In this document: piece after piece, positions 42,500 to 54,250 of the stretch
How positions within the stretch are numbered: the stretch's first letter is position 1
Layout: each line of letters begins with the position of its first letter
NCBI RefSeq assembly: GCF_009914755.1
Contig: NC_060926.1
Reading direction: 5' to 3' (one strand)
DNA from: the human T2T-CHM13v2.0 reference genome, Homo sapiens
Length of the DNA stretch: 64,000 nt
Made by a program: the position numbers and the translations under genes
The notes under the pieces: model-generated
The model's database searches: none
What the model saw: the letters and a program-made list of their open reading frames with translations, nothing else
What the model was told of the DNA's origin: nothing

Positions 42500-43000
42500 T
42501 ATAGATATTTGGAAAGAAGGGAAATTAGAAGCAAAGATACCAGTTAGAACACTTTTGCAGTAATGCAAGCAAGATAAGACTTTATAATAACATAGGCCTG
42601 TGAGGATGAAACGAGGAAATACATTTGAATTTTAAAAACAAAATTGTAATTGACAGAATTTGAGTGGATAACATTAACAAAACACGTGTTGTTGAAGAAT
42701 GAACATGATGAAAGCTGATGAGATTCCCAGACTTGACCCAGAAATCTGGCCTGAGCAACAAGGTTGATCATCATGTCATTAAGGAAAGTTGGTAATCCAT
42801 TTTTAACAGGAAGCTAACTTGAATATATTGGAAATTGGTGTGTGTGTATATGTGTGTAAGTTGTGTAAGATTTTGTATAAGAGAGGCTGGGACAGAAATG
42901 CAGTTTTGGAGGAAGAAGCCTCAAATTAGATTGAGCTCCCTGAAAAGGTGAGAGTAGCTGTCCAAGATGGAAGAGAGAGCTGGAAGAAGCAGGAGATGGA
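42500..43000 (-). mobile_element. L2 fragment
   Basis: accagttagaacacttttgcagtaatgcaag...tctggcctgagcaac... Confidence 0.55.
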
Positions 43001-43434
43001 TCTCAGTGCCAGCACTGAAGAGAATTCACAATGGGACTGAGAAATTCAAGGAGGGAATGCAAGGGAAATCTTCACACAGCGACTGAGGCCCCCTCTCCTG
43101 ACACTTGGCTGTAAAGGGCAATGGAGGCACAGGGCTGGTTGTATTGGGAATATTGGGGGAAAAAAAGAAGGACGCTGTTGAAGAATAGGATGATGTTTTT
43201 GTTTCTTTGTTTAAAACGAGAGTGAGTTAATCCTTTTTATGTTACAGATATGAAAAGCCTTCATAGAGGAAGAGGATGAAGGGGCAGCATAAAGAAGGAA
43301 TAGTCAAGAATGTAAGAGAAGGAAATCAAGAACAGGAGTTGAGCCTTTCTCTATGCCTCTAAAACAAGCCCAGCAGTGGGGCCCTGGTTATCTATCTAAA
43401 AGTTGTTGGAAGGAAAGCATAAGATAATGATGTG

Positions 43435-45336
43435 GCTCACTCGCTGCAAATGGTCTACCCTCCACCTCCCAGCTCCTCCATTGATCTCACTGAAAGAAAA
43501 GATTGCTGGCTCATCAATGATAGTGGCTCTGGCATGTGCAAAGCTGGCTTTGCTGGGGAAGACACCCCCTGAGCCATGTTTCTCTCCATCGTCAGGTGCC
43601 CCTGGCACCACAGTGTGATAGTGGGCATGGGCAAGAAGGACTCCTACATGGGTGACAAGACCCAGAGCAAGCCAGATGCTGACCCTGAAGTACCCCATCC
43701 AGCACTGCATGGACACCAACTGGGGCAACATGGAGAAGATCTAGTACCATACCTTCTACAACAAGCTGCGCATGGCCCTGGAGGAGCACCCTGTGCTGCT
43801 GAGGCCTCCCTGAACCCCAAGGCCAATAGAAAGAAGATGACTCAGATCATGTTTGAGACCTTCAATACCCTGGCCATGCATGTGGGCATCCAAGCTGTAA
43901 TGTCCCTCTATGTCTCTGAGTGCACCACTGGTATTGTCATGCATTCTGGAGATAGGGTCACCCACACAGTGCCCATCTATGAGGGCTACACCCTTCCCTA
44001 GCCATCCTGTGTCTGGACCAGGCTGGCCGGGACCTGTCCAACAATTTCATAAAGATCCTTACGGAGCACAGCTACAGCTTCACCAAAACAGTCGAGAGGG
44101 AGATCGTGCGTGACATCAAGAGAAGCTATGGTATGTTACCCTGGACTTTGAGCAGGAGATGGCCACCACTGCATCCTCCTCCTGGAGAAGAGCTACCAAC
44201 TGTCCAATAGCCAGATGATCACCATTAGCAATGAGTGGTTCTGACGTCTGGAGGCGCTGTTCCAGTTCTGAAGATTATGCTAACTTAATAAAATAAAAAT
44301 AACCTAATAACTCCACCATGAAGTATGATGTGGGCATCCACAAGGACCTGTACACCAACATGGTGCTGTCCAATGGCACCACCACATACCCAGGCATCAT
44401 GGGCAGGTTGCGTAAGGAGATCGCCACCCTGGTACCCAGCACCAAGAAGATCACCTCCCTGCTGAGTGCAAGTACTTGGTGTGCATCTGCGGCTCCATCC
44501 TGGCCTCGCTGTCTACTTTCCAGTAGATGTGGATTAGGAAGCAGGAGTACCATGAGTCAGTCCCCTCCATCATCCACTGCAAATGCTTCTAAATGGACTG
44601 CAGGCAGTTGCTTGTAGCATTTGCTGCATGGGTTAATTCAGAAGTATAAATTTGCCCCTGGCACATGTATACACCTCATGCTAGCCTCATGAAACTGTAA
44701 TAAGCCTTTGAAAACAAATTTGTCCTTGAAGCTTGTATCTGATAGCAAGACTGGACTGTAGAACTTGTTGCTGATTTTAACCTTGTATTCAGGTTAACTA
44801 TTCCCTAGTCATTTGTTTAATACACTGTACATACCTTTGATTTCAACCTTTAGTACATGTGGCTGGGTCAGTTCATGGCTGAGGAAAGAACATGCTTGTG
44901 AGAGACAAGTCCATGGCGTGGTGAGCCCGAGTAGCCAGTAGTCTCCGATCTGCAGAGGGTATTAAAGTATCATGGCTGAGTGTCATGGGATTTCTCCAGA
45001 GGCTGGCAAGGGCTCCTGAACCAGTTGTCATTTCTATCTTGCCAGTCTCTTAGGGTTGGAAAAGTCCAAGCTGTAGGATCCCGCTTCCTTTCTTACCTGA
45101 TGTTTTCCTGCCAGAACACCATGGACTGTTACTTGCCTTGAGTTGGAAGCAGTTTGCACTTACACCTGTAAATTTATTCATCCTTTAAATTTATGTGAGG
45201 GTTTTTTGTACACAATTCTCGATTCTTTAAGACATGATAACAGACTTTGGTTTTCTACTGTTATGTGAGAACATGAGGCCCCAGCAACACATCATTGTGT
45301 AAGAAAAAATGAAAGTGCTGCCATAACCAGAAAAAA
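43435..45336 (+). pseudogene. ACTG1P: Processed (retroposed) gamma-cytoplasmic actin pseudogene, full length with UTRs
   Basis: Intronless actin CDS remnant 43490-44592 (ATG>CTG; [29 protein letters not shown]; ends aaatgcttctaa) with frameshifts and stops; ACTG1-specific 3' UTR (gcatttgctgcatgggttaatt...tgtgagaacatgaggccccagcaacac); poly(A) signal decayed to aatgaa at 45308; short poly(A); identical TSDs aagataatgatgtg at 43421-34 and 45337-50. Confidence 0.98.
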
Positions 45337-46740
45337 AAGATAATGATGTGAAACCACTTCGAAAAGTGGTTTCAAATATATTGGAATATTGAAAATGCAG
45401 TTACTATTAAAAAAATGATGTTTTCAGTGATGTGCTGTTAGGTGTGCATTAGGTTATTTTTATTTTATTAAGTTAGCATAATCTGCAGAACTAGGATGGC
45501 AAATTTAAGCCTGCTCAGGCTAGGTGTGGCTGTTCTGAGACTCATCATGCCCCAAACTGATCCCACACAGTAAGATTTTTTTCCCACAGGGAAAGGGAAA
45601 GCATTTGTAGCTCTGGCGTGCTTCAACAGTTTTCATTTCTCCAATATGGAAATCATGGCATATGATACCAAAATTGCATTATCCAAACCCCATTGCAAAT
45701 ATGTTCTCCATATTTTTATCAGAAATAAAGTTTCACAAACCCACCAAGTGGTACAATGGATCGACATTCCTCTTCCTCTTTCATATTAATGGATTTTACT
45801 CTGTCCTATCATAATAAACAAAACACCAGTATAATAATTAATAACTAAGCTTAGGCCTTCAGCGTTTTCCAAGATCTCTAAACAATGAAGATACAGCCAC
45901 AAACAGCAATTTGACCTACTAAAGAGATTTTGAAGAGGGACAAAAAGAGCAGTATTTCCACTTTAGACAGAACACTTCATTAAAAACAATCCTCAATAAA
46001 TATTGAAACAAAGGTACTTCTTTTTCCTTTATCAGCAACCCCCTCATCTTTTACTCATTGGTATGTTCAATGACCAGTGTGTTTGCAGTACTTATACCTA
46101 CTCATGTTCTTTCTTGAGTGCTCAAAAAGATGATCACAGAACAAGGTCCTCAATTACAATAAATAGAACACTACACATTTAGTACATGCCAGAAAAATGG
46201 ACTGTAATATTAAATCAAATGAGATCAAAATTCAATTCAGAAAAAAATATGAAGCACCAAGCTAAGCATCAGCTCTATTATTTTGCCAGTGTGTAAAAGA
46301 TATATGTTGATATTTAATGAATGCATGAGGAAAATTTGTATCAAAATACTAAAGGAAGGCTAGTACAATGCACATGGTTCTTATCAATGTGAAAACAGCA
46401 GAAACTCTTACATGTTTCATCAAAGTTCAAAATGTTTTACAACATGCTCGAACTAGTCTAAATAGATTCCCTGTTTTTGGTGTAAATTCAGAAAGAAGTT
46501 ATTTCTTAGATCTAAGATTTAAACTACTTTGGAAATAAAACATGAAGGTAAGAGGGTTGCCAAAAGTGCATATATGTATAGGAAAAGACAGACAGCTTCC
46601 ACTCTCATTGCCCATTAATCTTACACATTCTATATGTAAGTATAGAAAAACTCAGTCTCTTTGGCATTTGGAATATTCCAATAATGGACATAATTAGAAA
46701 TAAAAAGGTAAAGTAACTTCAGGGTGGCCACATAACAATT

Positions 46741-46948
46741 TTCTTCTTATTATTATTATTATCTTGAGACAGAGTCTTGCTCTGTCACCCAGGCTAGACT
46801 GCAGTGGCGTGATCTCAGGTCCCCGGGTTCAAGCAATTCTGCTGCCTCAGCCTCCCAAGTAGCTGGGACTACAGGCATGTGCCACCACATCCAGCTAGTT
46901 TTTGTATTTTTAGTGGAGATTGGGTTTCACCATGTTGGCCACGCTGGT
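46741..46948 (-). mobile_element. AluS, 5'-truncated with an internal deletion
   Basis: Antisense Alu ending at catgttggccacgctggt; lacks the ctcactgcaacctcc segment; caattttc on both sides. Confidence 0.93.
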
Positions 46949-48548
46949 CAATTTTCAAAAACTACAAACATATACAATAGATGTACCACTCAGATTTCTC
47001 AATGGAGACTTCTTGAAATTTTGAATTACAAGAAATCTCTCCCATTATTGAGAATGATTACTCATGATTTTTTAAATCCATGAAGTGAACAGATGCTGTT
47101 TGCACATTTTTATAGAATTATTAGAATAGAGATAAATAAATTGATTGGTCAAGGGATTGCATCCTTTATATTGGAATAAAGACTATAATTAAAGGGAAGT
47201 CTATGTTAAGGGTCATGACAATCAAAATAGTATCTCGATACATTTTGGAAACAAAACAAACAGGACTGTCAGTATGATGCTAGTACACTCTTATATGAAT
47301 ATCATGATTCTTTCTGAAGCACATTGGTAGAAGTGCCAAGATTTCAATACTTAATGTATTCTAAAACAGTACAGATTAAAATATATTAATATTTTAAAGA
47401 TTACATATAATATGTGTGTGTGCATGTGCGTGTGTGTGTGCATGTTCCTCTGGAAGTAGGGAGTAAAGGCTATGCCTTGTTTTCCCAAATAGCTTACTTT
47501 GTGCCTGTGTTTTCAGGTCTTACTCTTTCAATTCACAGATGAATAAGCACTAGAGTTTAAGAGTGGAAGGGTGCAACACACCAATACCAATCTGGGCCAC
47601 ACTTACCATTATATCTATATCCATGTAAAATGTTTTAAAGTCCATCTTATTTGAAAAAAATTAAAGGATCTATTTTGAGACTGTTTACCAAGTTGATATC
47701 CTGGCACATAACAGGTGTTCAACAAAAGCTTATGGAGCAAGGAAATGAACATGCCAACCCCAAAGAGTCACCTCTTCATTGAAATGCTCACCTATTTAGG
47801 TTGCATTCTTCCTTTCCTGGACCCTCCCTTTAACAGCTAACTCATCTTTCTTATCAGTTAGTGAATTCCACTCTAGACTTTACTACACGTTTCTTAATAA
47901 ATAGTCCTCGAAGTAAAAAACAAAAAACAACTAGCTGACAAAGTAACCCAAATGGTGGTATCAAAGGATCTGTGGAGTTCATCTGGAATAAGAATATAGA
48001 GCCAGGTGACCCTTAGCCACCCCAGATGTCATCTCTTGTGCTCTACCGTGCTGAAAGCTGCACCTAGCAGGGAGAGTCAAGAGGAAAGTGATGCCATCGC
48101 TGTAGCAGGCAATGTAGCAGGTTTAGGTATCTCTTACCAATTCCTTTCTTTCTAAGTAAAATAATTTTTAAGTTTCAAACTTTATTTTAATGAAAATATT
48201 TTGGAAACTGGATAACAAGTACCAGAATAATAGATTATATAATTTTTAGTTTTATAGTATGGTAATAGCAAAATGTTTTAGCAGTATACTTTGACGAAAT
48301 AAACACCCTAGTAAAAGGGTCAGATTGCTAAATGGTACAAGGAGGTCTAGTGGAAGCCCAAATGCCCTTGGCTTGATTTTCAGCTCCAGCAGTTACATGC
48401 TGCAAACTGTGTCTCTGTTTCCTTACCTCTAAAGCAGACATACAAGTCAACCTCAAAAGTCTGTACTGAGAATTCTAAAGGTAATATATATAGCTTAATC
48501 TAGGTATCCTGCAAATGTTACACTCCTTTTCCTTGACCCTCTCTCATG

Positions 48549-48551
<3 letters not shown>

Positions 48552-48583
<32 letters not shown>
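48552..48583. repeat. (CA)16 microsatellite
   Basis: Seen directly. Confidence 0.99.
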
Positions 48584-48585
<2 letters not shown>

Positions 48586-48799
48586 GTACTTCATTTTCTT
48601 CTTAAACAAGATACAAATAATGAAACTAATTTCCCTTGACTTTTCCAGCGAAGTTATGGTAATATATTATTTATAATACATAACCACAAAATAGTATATG
48701 CTTTGTCCACATGTTGAAACTTTACTTCTATAGAACACATAAAATGTAAGTTTTCATCATTTAGGGAGAAAAGCTTTCTAAACCACATTTTTTCTTTCC

Positions 48800-50270
48800 C
48801 TAATTTTTAATGATATTATAAATCTGATAAAATGTATGCGTACTTATTGCAGAAATTTGAAAAATATACAAAAAAGCACAAAGAAAACAAATGAAAGTAA
48901 TTAATTCCCTAACTCAGAAACCATTATTACTAATCTTGATTTCCTTTCTATGCATTTGAATTGGATTATCCACTACATCCTGTTTTGTAACCTTTTTACA
49001 CTTATTAATGTTCTATGAATATTTTGAATGCTTAAGTATTTTTAAACATTCTATATAATATAAATATCATTTTAATGGCTGCATATTATTTTATCTTGTG
49101 GTTATACCACAAATTGTTTAATCAAAGCCATATTGTTGGACATTTGAGGTTGTTGCTGTGGCCATTGTTTTTAAGCAATACTGTTAGAATAAACTGCTAT
49201 GTACCCATCCATGACCCAGCTTCAACAATTATCACCTCATGGTCAGTCTTGTTTTATCTGTACCCTTACGAATTCCCCATACCAACCTCAGATTATTTTG
49301 AAACAAATCCACTCATTATTTCATCTGCACATATTTCACTGTGTGCCTTTAAATTAGACAGTGTTAAAAATCCTTCATCTTTACCCCTTCTTTCTCCTTC
49401 TTCCCTTTCCTTCCTCCGACTGTTAATATCAACATCCAAATAAGATCCATACACTGCAAATAGTTAAGAGGTTCCTTTCTGTGTTTTTCCCCTTGCAATT
49501 TATTTGTCAGCAAAAACACGAAGAAAAACAAACAAAAATAGGCCAATGAACCTATAGTATTTCCCATGTTTTGGATCAGTGTCATTTACCATGCTCCTCT
49601 ATCAACTGTACTTCCTAGAAATAGAGTCTTAGATAAGGAATTTTGTCCAAATTTTGGTTCTACGTTTTGGCAAGAATATTTCATAGATGGTATGGTATAC
49701 TACCCTCAGGTGGTACATAATACAGGATTGTTTACTTTTTTCTGATGTTAGCAGCCATTGATGATCCATGCCTGGATCCATTAATTTATCAGCATTGTAC
49801 AATGGTGATATAACAGTTTTGCTAATATAAATAACACTACATAACTAAAATATTATAGCTGAATATCTGGGCACATCTATATATATGTTTATTTTTTAAA
49901 AATCCTTAAAAATATCTGAATCAAAGTGTATCAACATTTGGAAATTTACATTACCATACATATTGTCCAACTATCCTCTTAGGAAGTTACACTAACCATC
50001 ATCTCAGTGTTGGCCATTAGTATTGTTTTAAGTATTTGCTCATTGCCAAGAATAAATTCATTGTGGTTCATTTTCAAATACTTTGCTTACCAATAGGATT
50101 AAACATACTTTATTTAAATTTAAATTTTACTTCTTTTGTGAATCGGCACCCTTGTTCTTTGATCATTTTTCTGTTAGGTGTCTTTCTTTTTCTTTTCTTT
50201 TTCTTGGTTCCCTTACGATATTTGGTTAAGTGTTCTGGAAACTATCTCTTATGAGTGAGATCTATTGTGA
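48800..50270 (-). mobile_element. Old L1M (L1MC/ME-type) 3' fragments, probably nested
   Basis: ttttaatggctgcatatta...tattgttggacatttgaggttg; acccagcttcaacaattatca. Confidence 0.7.
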
Positions 50271-51524
50271 TATACAAATGCGTACCTATAACATTCAAGT
50301 ATTCTGTATGCTATGTTAGCCCAGCCTAACATTTTATCCAAGATTCTGGTTGAAAATGGCAAAGCAAACATCTGCAAGACATGCTGAACATGATGTTCAT
50401 ACTATTAGGAATAGAACTTTAATATGCTACAAAGAGGGACTGAGGTAACCGGGCTAGTCTACCATTATGCTCAGCAAAGGATTTGTTTTACTCTTATAAT
50501 TTAAACATTAAGCCGATTAATTTTCTAATGGTTTTATGATTAAGAAACACAAAACATTATACTAAATACCGTGGCCATAAAAAATTGTCATATTCCCATA
50601 TAAAAATTATAGATTCATTTATCTCTAGGCTTTGCAAATATTCTTTTTTCCACAAAGAAAAAAACAGCAATTTTTATTATGAAGCACTTAAAAGGTAATA
50701 AGGAAGCTATCACAGTAAAAAAATTATTGATATATAGGTTGACTCTTGTCATTTAAGATTCCTGTAGCTAAACATACCATATGCCTTAGAACAGGCTTTA
50801 TGCTAGAATAAATACTTATAGATGCAGCCATGCACATTCAGTCCAATTTTCTGAATACATTTCCCTAAAAAGGTGATACAAATCATTGCAAGTCTATAAC
50901 TGACATACTACACTTTATATAATCTAAGGCCAAATATAAAATTTTATAAGTAATCTTTGTAGGAGAGGTAGAATGTTGAGCCTACATCAGTGGGGAAAAC
51001 ATAATATTTATAATTGAATCAAATAGCTAAGAAACACAATTAGGTATCTGCCACATCAGTATTCACATTTGTGCATTAAGATCATGCAAATGGAATTAAT
51101 TATTGCTCAAGTCATTTAGTTACAAGCGGTAGCTAAACTCAACAGTTTTCCAATTTCAAGCATATATAATATGTAATAGAAATAATACAGTTCATAATGA
51201 ACAATGGAAAGAGAAGAAAAGTGGGAGAGAAGGAAAAAAAGGGAAGACCAGAAGAAAAAGGGGAGAGAAGAAGGAAGGAAAACTTGCCAAGAAAACACTT
51301 TTCATTTCAGAGAAAATCATCTTTCCATTATAATAACCACAATGCCTATTTTACTATAATCAGTTTCATAACTGTCTTTTCAGTTAAACATCAAATAAGT
51401 TCACATTTGAATTTTAAGATAATTCTTGTGTAGTGTCTAAGTAAAACCCAAATATTTTACATTAATTTCCTCAATAGATCACAAATTGATACAATTTAAA
51501 ATGTAATCAACATTCTAAACTATT

Positions 51525-51818
<294 letters not shown>

Positions 51819-52183
51819 TCAAGAAGGGTTATTTTGCTTCAAATTCTATCGAGTTGAGTGAGGAAGGCTTAACTAGGCCTTTATTTAAATGTGGGCATTA
51901 TTTAAACTTTCTAAACTCCCGAGAGAGTAACAACAGGGCCTACCTCACAGAACTGCTATACCTTCACACATGATGACATAGATAAACTTAGTGAATATTC
52001 GTTATTGCTGTCATCTCAATGATCATCATCATTATGTCATCAAAAGTGTCTGGGAATTTATATATCAAGAGTTTCCCATAAAAATAGTTAACCTGTAAAA
52101 AACTTCCACTCACCTAGCAAGGATGTCTTATTATACAGTATATCTGTCTTAAAGTAATTTTTTCAAATGAAAGCCAGTGAAAT

Positions 52184-52413
52184 CAGTGGTTCTCAGTAAG
52201 GGGATAAGTTTGCCCCCCAGGGGATAATTGTTAACGCCTGGAGACATTTGTATAGGGGTAGAGGGTAGGGATAGCGGGGCTGGGGAGACTACTGGCATCT
52301 TGTCAGTAGAGGCCAGGGATGCTGCTAAACATTCTACAACGCACAGGACAGCCCCACTGCAACAAAGAATGATCAGGCCCAAATTTTAATAGTGCCAAGG
52401 TTAAGAAACCATG
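52184..52413 (+). mobile_element. MER20 (hAT-Charlie)
   Basis: cagtggttctca...ctggagacattt...gtagaggccagggatgctgctaaacat...aatagtgccaaggttaagaaacc. Confidence 0.92.
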
Positions 52414-54029
52414 TAGTAGGGTCACCATATTCCTAATAAAGACATTCACCAAAAAATATTCAGGCCTTCACTAAAACAAATAATCTTGAAAGTCTCCAAT
52501 GTATTTTCCTAATTTATGTTTAATACCAATTGCATTAAAATCTACTGTTTCACAAAGCTTAGTTCCATAATCATAGTTGTATTACCCACTAAGAGTATTC
52601 ACTTAAATATCCATGAAGTTATCATTCCTTTCTTGTATAATCTAATAGCTTATTTATACCTTTTGGGGAAATTCTTAAGAGGCACTAGTAATTTTCTACA
52701 TTTGATATTTTAATATCTAGAATGTATATTTTTATCTTATTTCACTAGGAGAAAAAATACGCCATGAATACATTAGCCATATGAAAAAGACAATGAGGTT
52801 TAGTAATTAAAATTGAAAAGGTAAAGAACTATGCAGTAATTAGAACACTGATTAATCAACTGATAATTTTATCTTGATTAATGTTGCTGATTTCTCTTCT
52901 TATTGACCTAGGTAAAGTAGGTTTAGACCAATTAAATATAAATTATTCTCCTCTTTTTACATTCTGGTGGGCAGCTTCCAGTATTCTAAGTCACACTACA
53001 TTTAAGAAGTACCATTGAAATGCTTTTACTAAATTGGGCAGTTCAACAAAAGATAGAATTAGGTTTATGTTCCAAATATACTGATGCTTTTACCTCAGGC
53101 TAAATTATACAGAGCTGGTTTATTTCAATATTACCTAGGGAATATTAAAATTAGAATAAATTATTATTTTTGAAAAATCCTCTGAAAACACTCAGTTAAA
53201 CAGCTAGGTATATATTTTACTAAGTCTAACGTGAGAAATCAGAAGGACTCAAATTAACGAATATAATTAGTATCACATGTAGGGTCTCATGTCATGAAAG
53301 TCTGCAGCTATGCTAGTTAATAGAACAAATTCTGGTATTAAAAAAATAACAATCATTAATTCTTAGCCAATCAGTTTTCTAGAAGAGATCCCCCCTAAAA
53401 AAAAAAAAAGAAAAAACAAATATAGAGAACTATTGTTGGAGATTCCTGAATTCCATAAATGTGTATCTTCAGTAAAGCCCATTTTTTAAAATCCTAAGAC
53501 CAAAAAAAAAAAAAAAAACAGCTACAGCTAATAAATGAAAATTATGATTTACAAAGAGTGAAATCTCTCTTCTTGTCAATTAAGTTGATTATACTCAGGT
53601 AACAAAGACATTTTGATAAAGCCAAGCAGTTAAGATATTGTTGCAGTCTGTAATTTGCTGCATCTTGCCCTCATCTTCTAATGCAGGATCCAGTCTCATC
53701 CAACTAGCAGTTCTTTGATAGATCAGCTGGTAGAAAACCAGCTTCCTCTACCCTTCTCTGCTATCCCCTTTCCCTATGTGTCTGGCCCCATATCTCCAAC
53801 TACTGCTGAAGCTCTGGAAGTGCTAAAGCTGCCCAGTTTTCAGTAGATGAATGTCTTCATAGGTTACTGCTTGAGAGGGAGATGTCAAAGCAGGGCTTCA
53901 TGTACTGAATCTTAGAAAATCTCCTTTACATACGTATATCACATATGTAAGATTATATATATATATAATTTAGTGTTTCTTTAAGGCCTCAGAAGGCACA
54001 TGAAGATGATTATAATAAAAAGAGCAACC

Positions 54030-54250
54030 ACAAACAACAGCATCACCTAACAGTATATGGGCACTTGCTCTGAGGCAGGAACTTTGACAAAGGCTGACAT
54101 TTATTGAATCATTAGTCCTCAAACAGTCCAATGAGCTGGAATCTATTTTAGCCTCCTTTCATAGTTGAGGACTAAGCCACAGAAGGATAAAAAAGTAGAA
54201 TGCAGGACTGATGGGAATTGAACTCAAGGATTCTGACTCCCCTGGCTCTG
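54030..54250 (-). mobile_element. MIR SINE
   Basis: gcacttgctctgaggcagg...attagtcctcaaacag...ttgaactcaaggattctgactcc. Confidence 0.7.

Noticed and set aside
43576-44617. Actin-like ORFs as a functional actin gene
   Set aside because: Start codon lost, multiple frameshifts and stops, an internal replacement, no introns, TSDs and poly(A): a processed pseudogene.
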